Assembly (NCBI GenBank): GCA_043817155.1
Contig: JBDRHE010000069.1
Coordinates: forward strand, 3,244-67,243
Direction of reading: 5' to 3'
Length of the DNA: 64,000 bases
From: Candidatus Omnitrophota bacterium
GTDB taxonomy: Bacteria; Omnitrophota; Gorgyraeia; JABMRN01; RBG-13-46-9
The notes beneath the pieces were generated by a model that worked only from the letters and a program-made list of their open reading frames with translations, was not told the origin of the DNA and ran no database searches. Below, one piece after another: positions 17,399 through 26,957 of the stretch (its first letter is position 1; each line of letters begins with the position of its first letter). The translations under genes were made by a program, and so were the position numbers.

Positions 17399-18126
17399 TG
17401 TGTTTCGATGCGTTCAAAATCGAATATAAATCTGTCGCTATTAAGTTTAAAGACAGAGCTATCCTGCCCGTTCGCTACGTCCATAGAGTAGCTGAGCCAC
17501 CCCCCGGACTCCTCTCTTAATATCGCGCCTATATTATCCGGGAACTTCGCGGCGATCTCGGGAGAAAAATATACCTTGAGCTTTACATCAAAGTCCCCTG
17601 TTTCTGCTATGGTGCCGCTGGCGCGCAGTTTGACATTATCTGAATGAGCCTCAAAACTCTTAAAATGGACACTGCCTTCATGCAGGACCATCTCCATAAA
17701 TACTTCGCTGTAGACTATCGACTGAAGCTCATTAAAAAGAGCCATTATATTGCCCTGGAATAACGCAAAAAGATCATCTGCTCCGGCAGCCTTCTTCTCA
17801 AGACCCACAACGCTCGCGTTCTTTAAGACACATTTAAGCGCTATGGTCTTGTCCTTGATCAGCCTATCAAAGCTCGGCACTATTAAGGCTGTTTGGCACT
17901 CGATCGCCGCGTCAAAGTCTTCCGGTCTAAAGATCGGGCTCTTAAGCCTGAGAGACCTCAGCATAAAACACGATATAAAACCTGCATGGTTCTTGTAAGA
18001 TATGTCTATGCGCAATTCCCTTCCCAGGTAGAACAAAAAAACGTCTCCTGCCCGCAACAAGCCAAAGCAGACAGAGAGAGCGAGCATCACACCAACTGCT
18101 ACTTTGACTGACTTTGATCTATTCAT
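17395..18126 (-). CDS. Hypothetical secreted protein
   Basis: Signal peptide. 4-bp overlap with the helicase-nuclease gene. No recognisable domain. Confidence 0.35.
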   Translation of the reverse strand: MNRSKSVKVAVGVMLALSVCFGLLRAGDVFLFYLGRELRIDISYKNHAGFISCFMLRSLRLKSPIFRPEDFDAAIECQTALIVPSFDRLIKDKTIALKCVLKNASVVGLEKKAAGADDLFALFQGNIMALFNELQSIVYSEVFMEMVLHEGSVHFKSFEAHSDNVKLRASGTIAETGDFDVKLKVYFSPEIAAKFPDNIGAILREESGGWLSYSMDVANGQDSSVFKLNSDRFIFDFERIETH

Positions 18127-18146
18127 ACAGGAGACCTCTTGGTATC

Positions 18147-19670
18147 CTACTTCGTTCTAAAGTGTTCTTTGTTAAGCAACTTTGTCATATCGCGCCTGGC
18201 CATAACTTTTAAGAAGACATCGACCACTTTGGGATCGAACTGTCTACCGGAATTCTTCCTTACCTCTTCACTAGCCTTCTTTATGGTAAGCGGTACGCGG
18301 TAAGGTCGCCTCGTTATCATAGCCTCGAAGGCCGCCACAACAGCCATTATGCGCGCTCCAAGCGGTATCTCTGCGCCTTTAAGGCCTTTGGGATAGCCGG
18401 TACCGTTAAAGTTCTCATGATGGTACATTATGATCGGCGTTATAGCCTTAAGAGACTTTAAGGATTTTATTATCTTTGCGCCTTTCAGAGGGTGCTCTTT
18501 TATCAATTTATACTCTTCGCTTGTCAGCCTCCCCTTCTTCTTAAGGAGCCGTTCCGGCACCAGAAGTTCACCGGCATCATGTAGCATCGTCGCGTACTGG
18601 AGCCTTGTAAGATCGAGCTCCCTCATTCCCATTTCCTGACCCATAAGGTGCGCCATCCTCAGGAAACATGTCTTTGGCGAACAGATGCCGAAACTCCTGC
18701 TCTCCAGTATATGCGCCAGAGCCTTAATGCTACCCATTGTCATCTGCTCCTGGGCCTTATATAGCTGAGCATTCTTTATGGCAATAGCTGCTTGCTCGCC
18801 CAGTGTGCGCATTATCTCCTCGTCAAAATTGTCGAACGGTTTTTTGTCGATCTTGTCATAAAGAGTAATAACGCCTATGACATTCTCGTCTATGAGCGGC
18901 GTAGCGAGATATTTATCACTCCTTATGGATCTGCCGTACTTTACAGCTTTCCCGGGCGCCCACCTCCCGATCTTAACCTTCTTCAATTTTGTGTCTTTTG
19001 TTCTGACATCGACCGTGGCTTTCGGCAGAAGCGTCTTCTTCTTCGAGTCTACCAGTTTTATCGAACACCTGTTCGTCTTTATGACCTGCATGCAAAGCCT
19101 TGCAAGCCGCGAAAGGAGTTCATCGAGATGAATCGTTGAAGTAATAAGCCGGTGTATGGTATGCACCGTTGAGAGCGCTATTGCGCGCGGCTTTATAGTC
19201 TTGTAAAGATCGTCCATCTCAACCTCTTTTTTTATCCCCGACAGTATCGTCCTTATAAAGCATTCGAAGAGGCTGATAATAGACGCGCTGGGTTCATCGT
19301 CGATATGATATGCGATAATATATCCGAATACCTCTTCGTCATCGATAAGGAGCTGGCAAAAACCGAATCCGCTTAAGGGCGAATTGAAAAGTTCTATCTT
19401 TCCGGATCTTGTCGCCCTCTTTACGGCGCCCCTTATCGTTTCAGTGAACGAGGCGTTAATCATCGGCTCGTCAGTTTTAGATGGCTTCAGGATCAGGCCC
19501 GACAGCTTCCTGGCGTTCCAGACGGCTCCCTTTTCAAGAACAAGCATTTTAAAATCACCGAAGAACTCCGAAAATATGTTTTCGGTCTTCTTGATCTCGG
19601 GATTCTCGGACAAACGTTCAAAGATCATTTTGTACTTTTCGTTATTTAATTCCCTAGTATCTGTTTTCAT
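18147..19670 (-). CDS. GAF-domain HD-GYP phosphodiesterase (c-di-GMP)
   Basis: HD..HHENFNGTGYPKGL motif. GAF-like middle region. Confidence 0.75.
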   Translation of the reverse strand: MKTDTRELNNEKYKMIFERLSENPEIKKTENIFSEFFGDFKMLVLEKGAVWNARKLSGLILKPSKTDEPMINASFTETIRGAVKRATRSGKIELFNSPLSGFGFCQLLIDDEEVFGYIIAYHIDDEPSASIISLFECFIRTILSGIKKEVEMDDLYKTIKPRAIALSTVHTIHRLITSTIHLDELLSRLARLCMQVIKTNRCSIKLVDSKKKTLLPKATVDVRTKDTKLKKVKIGRWAPGKAVKYGRSIRSDKYLATPLIDENVIGVITLYDKIDKKPFDNFDEEIMRTLGEQAAIAIKNAQLYKAQEQMTMGSIKALAHILESRSFGICSPKTCFLRMAHLMGQEMGMRELDLTRLQYATMLHDAGELLVPERLLKKKGRLTSEEYKLIKEHPLKGAKIIKSLKSLKAITPIIMYHHENFNGTGYPKGLKGAEIPLGARIMAVVAAFEAMITRRPYRVPLTIKKASEEVRKNSGRQFDPKVVDVFLKVMARRDMTKLLNKEHFRTK

Positions 19671-19672
19671 CT

Positions 19673-20872
19673 CTACACCTTTTTATATGGATCGAAAAAT
19701 TTATTATATTCATCAAGCGCGTACCGGTCTGTCATTCCTGCGATATAGTCACAAACAACTCGATACTTATTCTCCGTCTTCAATCTCGCGGATTGAGAAG
19801 ACGGGAGTTGCTCCGGGTTCTCGGCATAGGCCTCAAATAGATCCCTTATGAACCTGTGTGCCTTCTTAGCCATGCGAATAACCCGGTAATTATGATAAAG
19901 ATCATTGACGAGGAATTCTCTTAGGGGCTTCCTGGCATCGGTCATCTCGCCTGTAAAGATTACCAGCCTCTCCGGAAAATTACGGACATCGAGTGGCGTC
20001 TTGATATTGAATTTCGCGATCTTTCTTTCCGTATTCTTTATGAGATCTGTAACCTGCATATTTATCAGCGCGCTGATAGCCTGCGTTCTCAAAAGTTTTC
20101 TCGTGATATTCGGATAGCGGTCCTTCACTATCCTGCACACCCTCTTCCATAGATCTATATCAACGAGACCCTTTTCGCTGATCATGTTGCTGGCCAATCC
20201 GTCATCGAGGTCGTGGTTATCGTAAGCTATTTCGTCTGCGATATCCACCACCTGCACCTCCAGCGACGGCGATCCCTTGATCTCAAAAGGTATATAGGGC
20301 CGCGGTTTATCGAAAGGGGTTGAATGCTTGATAATCCCTTCCCGCACTTCGTAGCTGAGATTGATCCCCGGGAAATTCGGATAGATCTCTTCCAAGATAT
20401 CAACCACCCTTAAACCCTGGGAGTTGTGATCAAAACCGCCGTGCTCCTTCATAAGCTCACCAAGCGAATCCTCTCCCGAATGACCGAACGGCGTATGACC
20501 CAGATCGTGCGCGAGCGCTATGGCTTCTACGAGCTCGCTATTTAATCTAAGAGCCCTCGCTATGGTCTTAGCGATCTGTACTACCTCAAGGGTATGCGTA
20601 AGACGGGTCCTGTAATGATCCCCTTCATGATTGACAAATACCTGGGTCTTGTATTCCAGCCTGCGAAAAGCAGATGAATATATTATCCTGTCCTTATCTC
20701 TATGGTAGGCGGTCCTGTATTCATGCTCCTTCTCTTTGTACACGCGTCCCCCGGTCTCTCCGGACTTCGTAGCGAAAGAGGCAAGCATCGCGTATTCCTG
20801 TTTTTCGCTCTCTTTTCTGGTTAGCATCTTTTTAATCACAGACCCGCGTAAGTAGCGAGTAGAAAGTAGCAA
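19673..20872 (-). CDS. dgt: dGTPase-like dNTP triphosphohydrolase (HD domain)
   Basis: RTRLTHTLEVVQIAKTIARAL..AHDLGHTPFGHSGE is characteristic of the Dgt family. Confidence 0.8.
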   Translation of the reverse strand: MLLSTRYLRGSVIKKMLTRKESEKQEYAMLASFATKSGETGGRVYKEKEHEYRTAYHRDKDRIIYSSAFRRLEYKTQVFVNHEGDHYRTRLTHTLEVVQIAKTIARALRLNSELVEAIALAHDLGHTPFGHSGEDSLGELMKEHGGFDHNSQGLRVVDILEEIYPNFPGINLSYEVREGIIKHSTPFDKPRPYIPFEIKGSPSLEVQVVDIADEIAYDNHDLDDGLASNMISEKGLVDIDLWKRVCRIVKDRYPNITRKLLRTQAISALINMQVTDLIKNTERKIAKFNIKTPLDVRNFPERLVIFTGEMTDARKPLREFLVNDLYHNYRVIRMAKKAHRFIRDLFEAYAENPEQLPSSQSARLKTENKYRVVCDYIAGMTDRYALDEYNKFFDPYKKV

Positions 20873-20881
20873 GTAGCGAGA

Positions 20882-21048
20882 AAGACTCTCTCTACTCTCT
20901 ACTTGCTACCCGCTACTTAAAAAAATCTGTGTCCTCATCCCGTGTTCTTGTGCTCCTGTGTCCTTGTGTTCCTGTGCTCCTGTGTTCCTGTGCTCCTGTG
21001 ATCCTGTGCTCCTGTGATCCTGTGCTCTTGTGCTCCTGTGACATAACT
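20882..21048. repeat. Long imperfect hairpin (20882-20925) followed by 13 tandem copies of an 8-bp unit TGTGNTCC (20944-21048)
   Basis: Read directly. Intergenic between the HIT-like gene and dgt. The track ORF 20935..21210 merely translates the repeat. Confidence 0.85.
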
Positions 21049-21058
21049 CTCAATCTTC

Positions 21059-21529
21059 CTAGCCCTTGAGTAAGTTCCACATGTCATCAAGCGAGTACGC
21101 AATGACCTTAGTACTGGCGATAACCGGCATAAAGTTAGTATCCCCATTCCATCTTGGAACGATATGGGCGTGCACGTGACCAGGGAAACCGGCCCCACCA
21201 ACCTTGCCAAGGTTCATACCGATATTATACCCGTCAGGTTTTAGCGCCTTATCCGACCTACGCTTCATAGCGTTTAGAAGGTCCATGAAATCGGCCAGCT
21301 CCTCCTTCTTTAAAAGTTCAAGGCTCTTAACGTGTCTTTTGGGCGCTACCATTACGTGGCCATTATTATATGGGAATCGATTTAATATACACAGCGCGTG
21401 CGTGCTTCTTCGCAAAACAAGGCTCTTTCTTTCAGAAATCCTGCCGCTCTTATAGCGACAGAATATACAACCTCTCTTCTTCTTAACGGATATATATGCT
21501 TTTCTCCACGGCGCCCAAATGCGGTCCAT
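21059..21529 (-). CDS. HIT-superfamily protein
   Basis: HVHAHIVPRW histidine triad near the C-terminus. CIFC near the N-terminus. Confidence 0.6.
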   Translation of the reverse strand: MDRIWAPWRKAYISVKKKRGCIFCRYKSGRISERKSLVLRRSTHALCILNRFPYNNGHVMVAPKRHVKSLELLKKEELADFMDLLNAMKRRSDKALKPDGYNIGMNLGKVGGAGFPGHVHAHIVPRWNGDTNFMPVIASTKVIAYSLDDMWNLLKG

Positions 21530-21597
21530 TAATACCTCACTTGATAGAAATACTTAAATCCAAAAGTCAAATGTCAAAATCCAAATAAATTTTCAAG

Positions 21598-22080
21598 CTA
21601 TATTCGAATAATCCTTCCCGTTATCTTCTTCCCTACTTCAATGATCCCGAAACTGGTGAAGGAAGCGAACACCTTATCCGTTGGGCTACCGGGATTAAAA
21701 AGAAGTCTGCCTCCGAATACTAAATTAATTGCAGCATGCGAATGGCCAAAAACGATCGCGTCGACTTTTTTAAATTTCTTTGATACAGTCTCTATTAGAC
21801 AGACGGGCGACCCGTACCCATGAATCAAGCCTATCGTGAATCCACCGATCCTTATTACATCCTTTTCCGGGAGGGCTGCTTTAACATCCGCCATGTCCAT
21901 ATTGCCATGTACCGCGCGGGTCTCCGCAATTTTTTTTAGCTTGTCAACTACGCTCATCTCAACGAGATCACCCGCATGGAGGATCAGATCGACCTTCTCA
22001 AACTCCTTGTAGACGACCCGCGGAAGATCAAGTGCTGCCCTCGATATATGCGTATCTGATAGTACCCCTATTCTCTTCAT
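21598..22080 (-). CDS. YfcE/MJ0936-type metallophosphoesterase
   Basis: SDTH..GDLV..GNMD..GHSH motifs. Confidence 0.75.
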   Translation of the reverse strand: MKRIGVLSDTHISRAALDLPRVVYKEFEKVDLILHAGDLVEMSVVDKLKKIAETRAVHGNMDMADVKAALPEKDVIRIGGFTIGLIHGYGSPVCLIETVSKKFKKVDAIVFGHSHAAINLVFGGRLLFNPGSPTDKVFASFTSFGIIEVGKKITGRIIRI

Positions 22081-22085
22081 CTTAT

Positions 22086-23723
22086 TTATTCGTATGCCAT
22101 ATTATATTTTTTGTATAATTTTAGAAGCTCGTTTACGTTCGCGGGATCCCATACCCACACACTCTTCTCCTTTGCAAGGAGCAGGGCGTTCTCATCTATG
22201 CCCCCGAGCGCTATGTATATCTGCCTGCCTATCTTATCTCGCATATGACGGTATCTTTCGATAAGATCCGCTACGTCGGGCTCCTCGATCTTCTTCATAG
22301 CTATGCAAGATACCCATAGTTTACCGGTCCGCTCCTGTTTCGCGATCAGGTCCTGGCACTGCCCCGGATCTGCGAAATCTACGCTTTCAAAACGGGAAAG
22401 TTTCTTTTGCCTCTTATCTATTTCTACAGTTTCCCCATTGAATGAAGAGAAGAGTTCCTTAACGCGTTCGATCAGGTTCTTTTGACTTTCGAAAAGATAA
22501 CCGTCTATGTCCTTCTTGATCTCCTGCCTGAAATCGTTTGCCTTGTCGAACATGTCGTCAACAAGCGCTGTGCGCCTGGCATGGTATACGGTTCTCAGCC
22601 AGAATTTGAAGACCTTATCCTGTAATTCGTAGAACGATCCGTTCTTATAGACCATGTCGAATTCTTCAAGCTCAACGAGCTTTCCGGTAAACCCGCCCGT
22701 GCTCTTCTTATTTAGCCATCCTGCGATACCTTTTAGTTTGTTGGCGCCGCAGGCCATAGCTATCAGCACGTCCAGGAAGTCTTTCCTCCCGCGCTTTTCC
22801 AGCAGATTCATTATATTATTGGTAAAATACTGGTTGATCGTCCCGCTCGTATTATGCAAAAGCGAAGTGAAGGCCTCTACCATCACGCCCTCGTCCACAT
22901 ATGTAAACTTCTGGGCGTTGGCGATCTCTAAAATCTTTTTCGAGATCACGTCCAGGTAAAATGGTGTCTTGTCCGCAAAATCGATGATGTAATCGGCGTA
23001 TCTTTGCGGCAAGGTTATGTTCTGCATCTTCTCTCTTAAGAAAGCATGAGAAGTCTTCCAGTCGAAGCCGGAGACTTCAACGATCTCGAAATTACCGTAT
23101 AGAAGAGCGAGCTTCTCCGAGAGTATCTTCTTTATCGCGCTCTTCTGTGAGCTGGATACGATATACATAGTATCCTTCTGGATCATTATGATCTTCCCGA
23201 AATGGATGTATGGCTTCTTTATCCTGAAGAATTCAAGGTTGTGAAATTCGTCAAGGATCACTATGCAGGATTTCCCGGTCTCCTTATTTAAGATGGACGT
23301 TAAATTAAGAAGCTCCCTATATGCATAGCTATATTTTCGTTTTGCAAGATCGCTCTTCACCCGCTTTATCGCATATACCGTATGCGGAATGAGCGCTTCT
23401 GATTCTTTAATAAGGGCATTTAGATCCTTATCCACCTTACGGTCGCATGAGACCAGATAGTTATAAAGAAGTGTTGCGATAAACTTGTCCGCAAACAACG
23501 AGAAAGGCTCTTCCATGACCTCGATATATAAAGGCACGAGGCTGGTGTCCTTTAATAAATATAGGAACTGGTAGAGAATAGAGGACTTGCCGGAGAGCAT
23601 CTGGCCGGTAAGCGCCACGTTCTGCCTATAACCGCCCCTTAAAGCATTGACCCTCTTGCCTAAAATGCTTAATACGTCTTTCCTGCCGAAGAATGTACTT
23701 CCAACTGCCGGTTCATTTAACAT
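22086..23723 (-). CDS. Archaeal-type AAA ATPase (PF01637-like) with C-terminal DUF234-like extension
   Basis: Degenerate Walker A TGQMLSGKSS, Walker B IVILDEFH. 545 aa. 5-bp gap to the phosphoesterase gene. Confidence 0.5.
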   Translation of the reverse strand: MLNEPAVGSTFFGRKDVLSILGKRVNALRGGYRQNVALTGQMLSGKSSILYQFLYLLKDTSLVPLYIEVMEEPFSLFADKFIATLLYNYLVSCDRKVDKDLNALIKESEALIPHTVYAIKRVKSDLAKRKYSYAYRELLNLTSILNKETGKSCIVILDEFHNLEFFRIKKPYIHFGKIIMIQKDTMYIVSSSQKSAIKKILSEKLALLYGNFEIVEVSGFDWKTSHAFLREKMQNITLPQRYADYIIDFADKTPFYLDVISKKILEIANAQKFTYVDEGVMVEAFTSLLHNTSGTINQYFTNNIMNLLEKRGRKDFLDVLIAMACGANKLKGIAGWLNKKSTGGFTGKLVELEEFDMVYKNGSFYELQDKVFKFWLRTVYHARRTALVDDMFDKANDFRQEIKKDIDGYLFESQKNLIERVKELFSSFNGETVEIDKRQKKLSRFESVDFADPGQCQDLIAKQERTGKLWVSCIAMKKIEEPDVADLIERYRHMRDKIGRQIYIALGGIDENALLLAKEKSVWVWDPANVNELLKLYKKYNMAYE

Positions 23724-23734
23724 AACGTACGTAC

Positions 23735-24472
23735 CTAAGGTAAATAGTAGAACGGGTTCTGGGGCTGGTGGTTCTTCCTTATCTCGAAATGGAGCGTCGG
23801 ATCGTTCGCTCTCCCGCTTCTTCCTACCTTTGCCACAACTTCACCCTGTCCCACATTTTGGTTCATCTGTACCAGGTTCTGCGAATTATGAGCATACACT
23901 GTCTGGTAGCCATCTTGATGGTCTATTATAATTGTCTTACCGTAACCCTTCAAACGATCATCGGCAAAGGTTACACTGCCGCTCCTGGAAGCAACAACAT
24001 TTGCGCCCTCAGCGCTCTGGATGTCTATGCCCTTGTTCTTGGTCATGTCCTTCATCGAGCCGAAATATGAGACCACTTTGCCGTTTATCGGCCACACAAA
24101 ACTCTCGCTCTTTACAGAACGCGCAGGCTTAGAGACCAAGGCCTTCTCCTTTACTTCGGGAATGAAGATAAGCTGGCCAACCTCAAGCTTGCTGGAATCC
24201 GGCAGATAGTTAGCCTTTATGATACTATCCAGGCTTATGTTGTACATCTTTGAGAGGTTCCACAGAGTCTGCCCCCTGCTCACCTCGTGGTAGAATCCCG
24301 GTACAGCAGGTTTACCAAGATCAACCGTCGGCCTAGGCACCGTCGCGCATCCCACCAAGGGCAATATCAACAACACGCTTAAAATACGTCTTATCATCCC
24401 TAAATTTGTTACTGTCAAGTTAAAATAGTTTAAAGTGTCAATCCGTAACAATTTTGTCGTTCTCAAAGCCAC
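23735..24472 (-). CDS. LysM-domain M23 family peptidase (NlpD-like)
   Basis: LysM segment ..GQTLWNLSKMYNISLDSIIKANYL.. and M23 motif ..QTVYAHNS..GEVVAKVGRSG..LHFEIR. Confidence 0.8.
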   Translation of the reverse strand: MALRTTKLLRIDTLNYFNLTVTNLGMIRRILSVLLILPLVGCATVPRPTVDLGKPAVPGFYHEVSRGQTLWNLSKMYNISLDSIIKANYLPDSSKLEVGQLIFIPEVKEKALVSKPARSVKSESFVWPINGKVVSYFGSMKDMTKNKGIDIQSAEGANVVASRSGSVTFADDRLKGYGKTIIIDHQDGYQTVYAHNSQNLVQMNQNVGQGEVVAKVGRSGRANDPTLHFEIRKNHQPQNPFYYLP

Positions 24473-24484
24473 TTCCAGTCACAC

Positions 24485-24653
24485 GTCTTTGCGAGGCACC
24501 GTAAGATTCGAGCGTGCCGAAGCCTGCCTGCCCGAAATATACTGGCAGGCCCGCCTGCCATTTAAAAGCTTTGGCGGGCAGGCAGGCAATCTCATCGAGC
24601 TAGTCTGAGATTGCTTCGGTGCGCTCGCTTTTTTACGGCACCTCGCAAAGACG
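24485..24653. mobile_element. MITE-like repeat family A locus 3 (A, GC module, small hairpin, A')
   Basis: A 24485-24523, GC module 24524-24587, hairpin CAATCTCA..TGAGATTG, A' 24613-24653. Confidence 0.8.
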
Positions 24654-24835
24654 AGTGGAGAAGCGATTACCATGCAGAAATCCTCGCTCACTTTCGGCCG
24701 GTCCTTTCCCTCCGGGCCTACGGCCCGTAGGGCCGGAGGCGGACTTACGGCCTCTTCCGACCGGAGTTTACACGGCGCAAAGCGCCGTGGTCGGCGTTCG
24801 CTCGTTTCGATTCCCTTAAGAATCGAATAATTGCG

Positions 24836-24906
24836 GAGCGGCTAGCGGGAATCGAACCCGCGTAACTAGCTTGGGAAGCTAGCACACTACCATTGTGTTA
24901 TAGCCG
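24836..24906 (-). tRNA. tRNA-Gly (anticodon CCC)
   Basis: Manual fold of the reverse complement: acceptor GCGGCTA/TAGCCGC, D-stem ACAC/GTGT with GG loop, anticodon stem CTAGC/GCTAG with loop TTCCCAA, T-arm GCGGG-TTCGATT-CCCGC. 71 nt. CCA not encoded. Confidence 0.8.
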
Positions 24907-24936
24907 CATGCCTCGATCCCGGCGACATCTTAATCC

Positions 24937-25024
24937 CCGTCTTTGCGAGGCACCGAAATATTTGGAACATATGTACGGCACCTCGGCCTGTTAGATATTC
25001 ATATCTAACAGGCCTCGCAAAGAC
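24937..25024. mobile_element. Minimal MITE-like element of family A carrying a 30-bp palindrome in its right inverted repeat
   Basis: CGTCTTTGCGAGGCACCGAAATATT ... TACGGCACCTCG[GCCTGTTAGATATTCATATCTAACAGGC]CTCGCAAAGACG. Confidence 0.75.
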
Positions 25025-25036
25025 GAGTGGTAGCTG

Positions 25037-26326
25037 TCACTTCTTCGCCGTTAAGCATCTTTCGCTAATTTTAAGAGAACAATAATCGCTGCACATCGTA
25101 CATACATCATTTATAAGCGGAGTAGAGCTACTTCTGTATTTCTTACACCTCTTTGGGTTAATAGCCAGAGCAAACTGCCTTTTCCAATCCCTGGAAAAAC
25201 GGGCTTTTGATATGGCGCGGTCTTTCTCTACGGCGCCCGGTACCCCCTTTGCGATATCCCCCACGTGCGCTGCTATCTTTGAAGCAATTACCCCCTCTTC
25301 GACATCTTCAAGCGTAGGCAGCCGCAGATGTTCAGCCGGCGTAACGTAACATAGATAGTCCGCTCCGTAGCTTGCCGCAAGCGCGCCACCGATAGCGCTG
25401 GTAATGTGGTCATATCCTGGCGCAATATCAGTTACCAGCGGTCCCAGCACATAAAAGGGGGCGCCATTGCATATAGATTTCTGCAACTCAACATTTGTCT
25501 TAATCTGATCTATGGGGACATGTCCCGGACCCTCTATGATCACTTGAACACCCTTGCGAAACGCTCTTCTTTGCAGATCTCCCAGTACCAATAATTCATC
25601 AAGCTGCGGCTTATCCGTCGCATCCGCGATCGCGCCCGGCCGCATCCCATCACCTAGACTCAGCGTTATATCGAAGCTCTTCGCTATATCAATTATTTCA
25701 TCGAACATCCTATAGAGGGGGTTCTCCAGGCCGTTACGCAGCATCCATTCCATAAGAATGGCCCCACCCCTGGATACCATACCCATTATACGGTTACTCT
25801 CGATGAGGGACTTTACTGTCTTTTGTGTAATGCCCGAATGTATCGTAAAGAAATCGACACCCTCGGTCGCCTGATCCCTTATCGTATCCATAAAGAAAGA
25901 TTCCGGTATACTCTCCAGACTACCGTACTGCTGCGTTCCCAAAACGGCTATTTCATACAGAGGTACCGTACCCAGCGGTATATTGGAATTTTCCAATATA
26001 TTCGCGCGTACCTTCTTTAGATCCTTACTCGTAGATAGATCCATCACAGTATCCGCGCCCAGGGATTCGGCCTTCTTCAACTTCTTTAATTCAAAAGCAA
26101 CGCTCGATTGGTCCCGAGAAGTGCCGATATTTGCGTTGATCTTTGTCGCCAAACCCTTTCCGATGGCGCACGGCTTCTTTAGCGGTCTTTTTCGATTCTT
26201 AGGGATAACTACATACCCGCGAGATATGTTCTCCGAAAGAATAGATTTGTCTATTTTTTCAACCGCAGCGATCCTCTTGATAATAGACGGTGATATCCCC
26301 GCTTTTACTTTTTCGATCAATGTCAT
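25037..26326 (-). CDS. thiC: Phosphomethylpyrimidine synthase
   Basis: 429 aa. C-terminal CTMCSDYCS Fe-S motif and conserved ThiC core. Confidence 0.9.
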   Translation of the reverse strand: MTLIEKVKAGISPSIIKRIAAVEKIDKSILSENISRGYVVIPKNRKRPLKKPCAIGKGLATKINANIGTSRDQSSVAFELKKLKKAESLGADTVMDLSTSKDLKKVRANILENSNIPLGTVPLYEIAVLGTQQYGSLESIPESFFMDTIRDQATEGVDFFTIHSGITQKTVKSLIESNRIMGMVSRGGAILMEWMLRNGLENPLYRMFDEIIDIAKSFDITLSLGDGMRPGAIADATDKPQLDELLVLGDLQRRAFRKGVQVIIEGPGHVPIDQIKTNVELQKSICNGAPFYVLGPLVTDIAPGYDHITSAIGGALAASYGADYLCYVTPAEHLRLPTLEDVEEGVIASKIAAHVGDIAKGVPGAVEKDRAISKARFSRDWKRQFALAINPKRCKKYRSSSTPLINDVCTMCSDYCSLKISERCLTAKK

Positions 26327-26327
26327 C

Positions 26328-26957
26328 TTATTGGCTCCCTGCCCTTAGCAGTTCCTTTTTTATGGCCTTTATCTGGAATATCGACCTTGCGACACAAATT
26401 CCGTCAGCGCCGCTTTCAAAAACGTCCCTAATGTTTCTTTTATTGATCCCGCCGATCGCAAAGACCGGAACGCGCGAAACTTTCTTAACTCTTTTAACGA
26501 ACTCCACACCCGCCTGCTTCAATCCACGTTTCAATGGTGTAGCAAATACCGGTCCGGCGCCGATATAGCTTATCGGTTTACTGCTCGCGTTTCTGGCTTC
26601 CCGCACAAAGTGCACGGTCGCACCGATAAGGCTCTTCTTCTTAAGCAATCTTAGTACCGATCCCTGCGCAAAATCCCCACTTCCTAAATGTACGCCGTGC
26701 GCGTCACTTGCAAGCGCAACGTCTATCCTATCATTTATTACCAGCGTCTTCTTATGAAATGCTGCAACACGCCTTATCGTCTTAGCAAGGCGGACCAATA
26801 CATAAGAGGGGAGATTCTTGAATCTAAGCTGTATAATGTCGGCTCCGTTCCTGAACAAGTGATCAGCCAGTTTTACGGGATCATTCCCACGAATAACTTC
26901 GCTGTCAATTATGCAATAAAGCTTCCAGTTTGACACTGGACCTCTTTTCCAGCTCAT
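26328..26957 (-). CDS. thiE: Thiamine-phosphate synthase
   Basis: KLYCIIDSE start region and ..GADGICVARSIF.. C-terminus. The 5' end overlaps the upstream ORF, so the true start may be the internal GTG. Confidence 0.85.
   Translation of the reverse strand: MSWKRGPVSNWKLYCIIDSEVIRGNDPVKLADHLFRNGADIIQLRFKNLPSYVLVRLAKTIRRVAAFHKKTLVINDRIDVALASDAHGVHLGSGDFAQGSVLRLLKKKSLIGATVHFVREARNASSKPISYIGAGPVFATPLKRGLKQAGVEFVKRVKKVSRVPVFAIGGINKRNIRDVFESGADGICVARSIFQIKAIKKELLRAGSQ

Noticed and set aside
20935-21210. ORF 20935..21210 with the peptide repeat TGAQEHR
   Set aside because: It is a translation of the 8-bp tandem DNA repeat, and it overlaps the 3' end of the HIT-like gene.
24654-24835. Possible tmRNA, SRP RNA or RNase P RNA beside tRNA-Gly because of the T-loop-like TTCGATTCC and GC hairpins
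   Set aside because: No tRNA-like acceptor pairing, no tag-peptide reading frame and no SRP domain IV motif. These look like plain GC hairpins.
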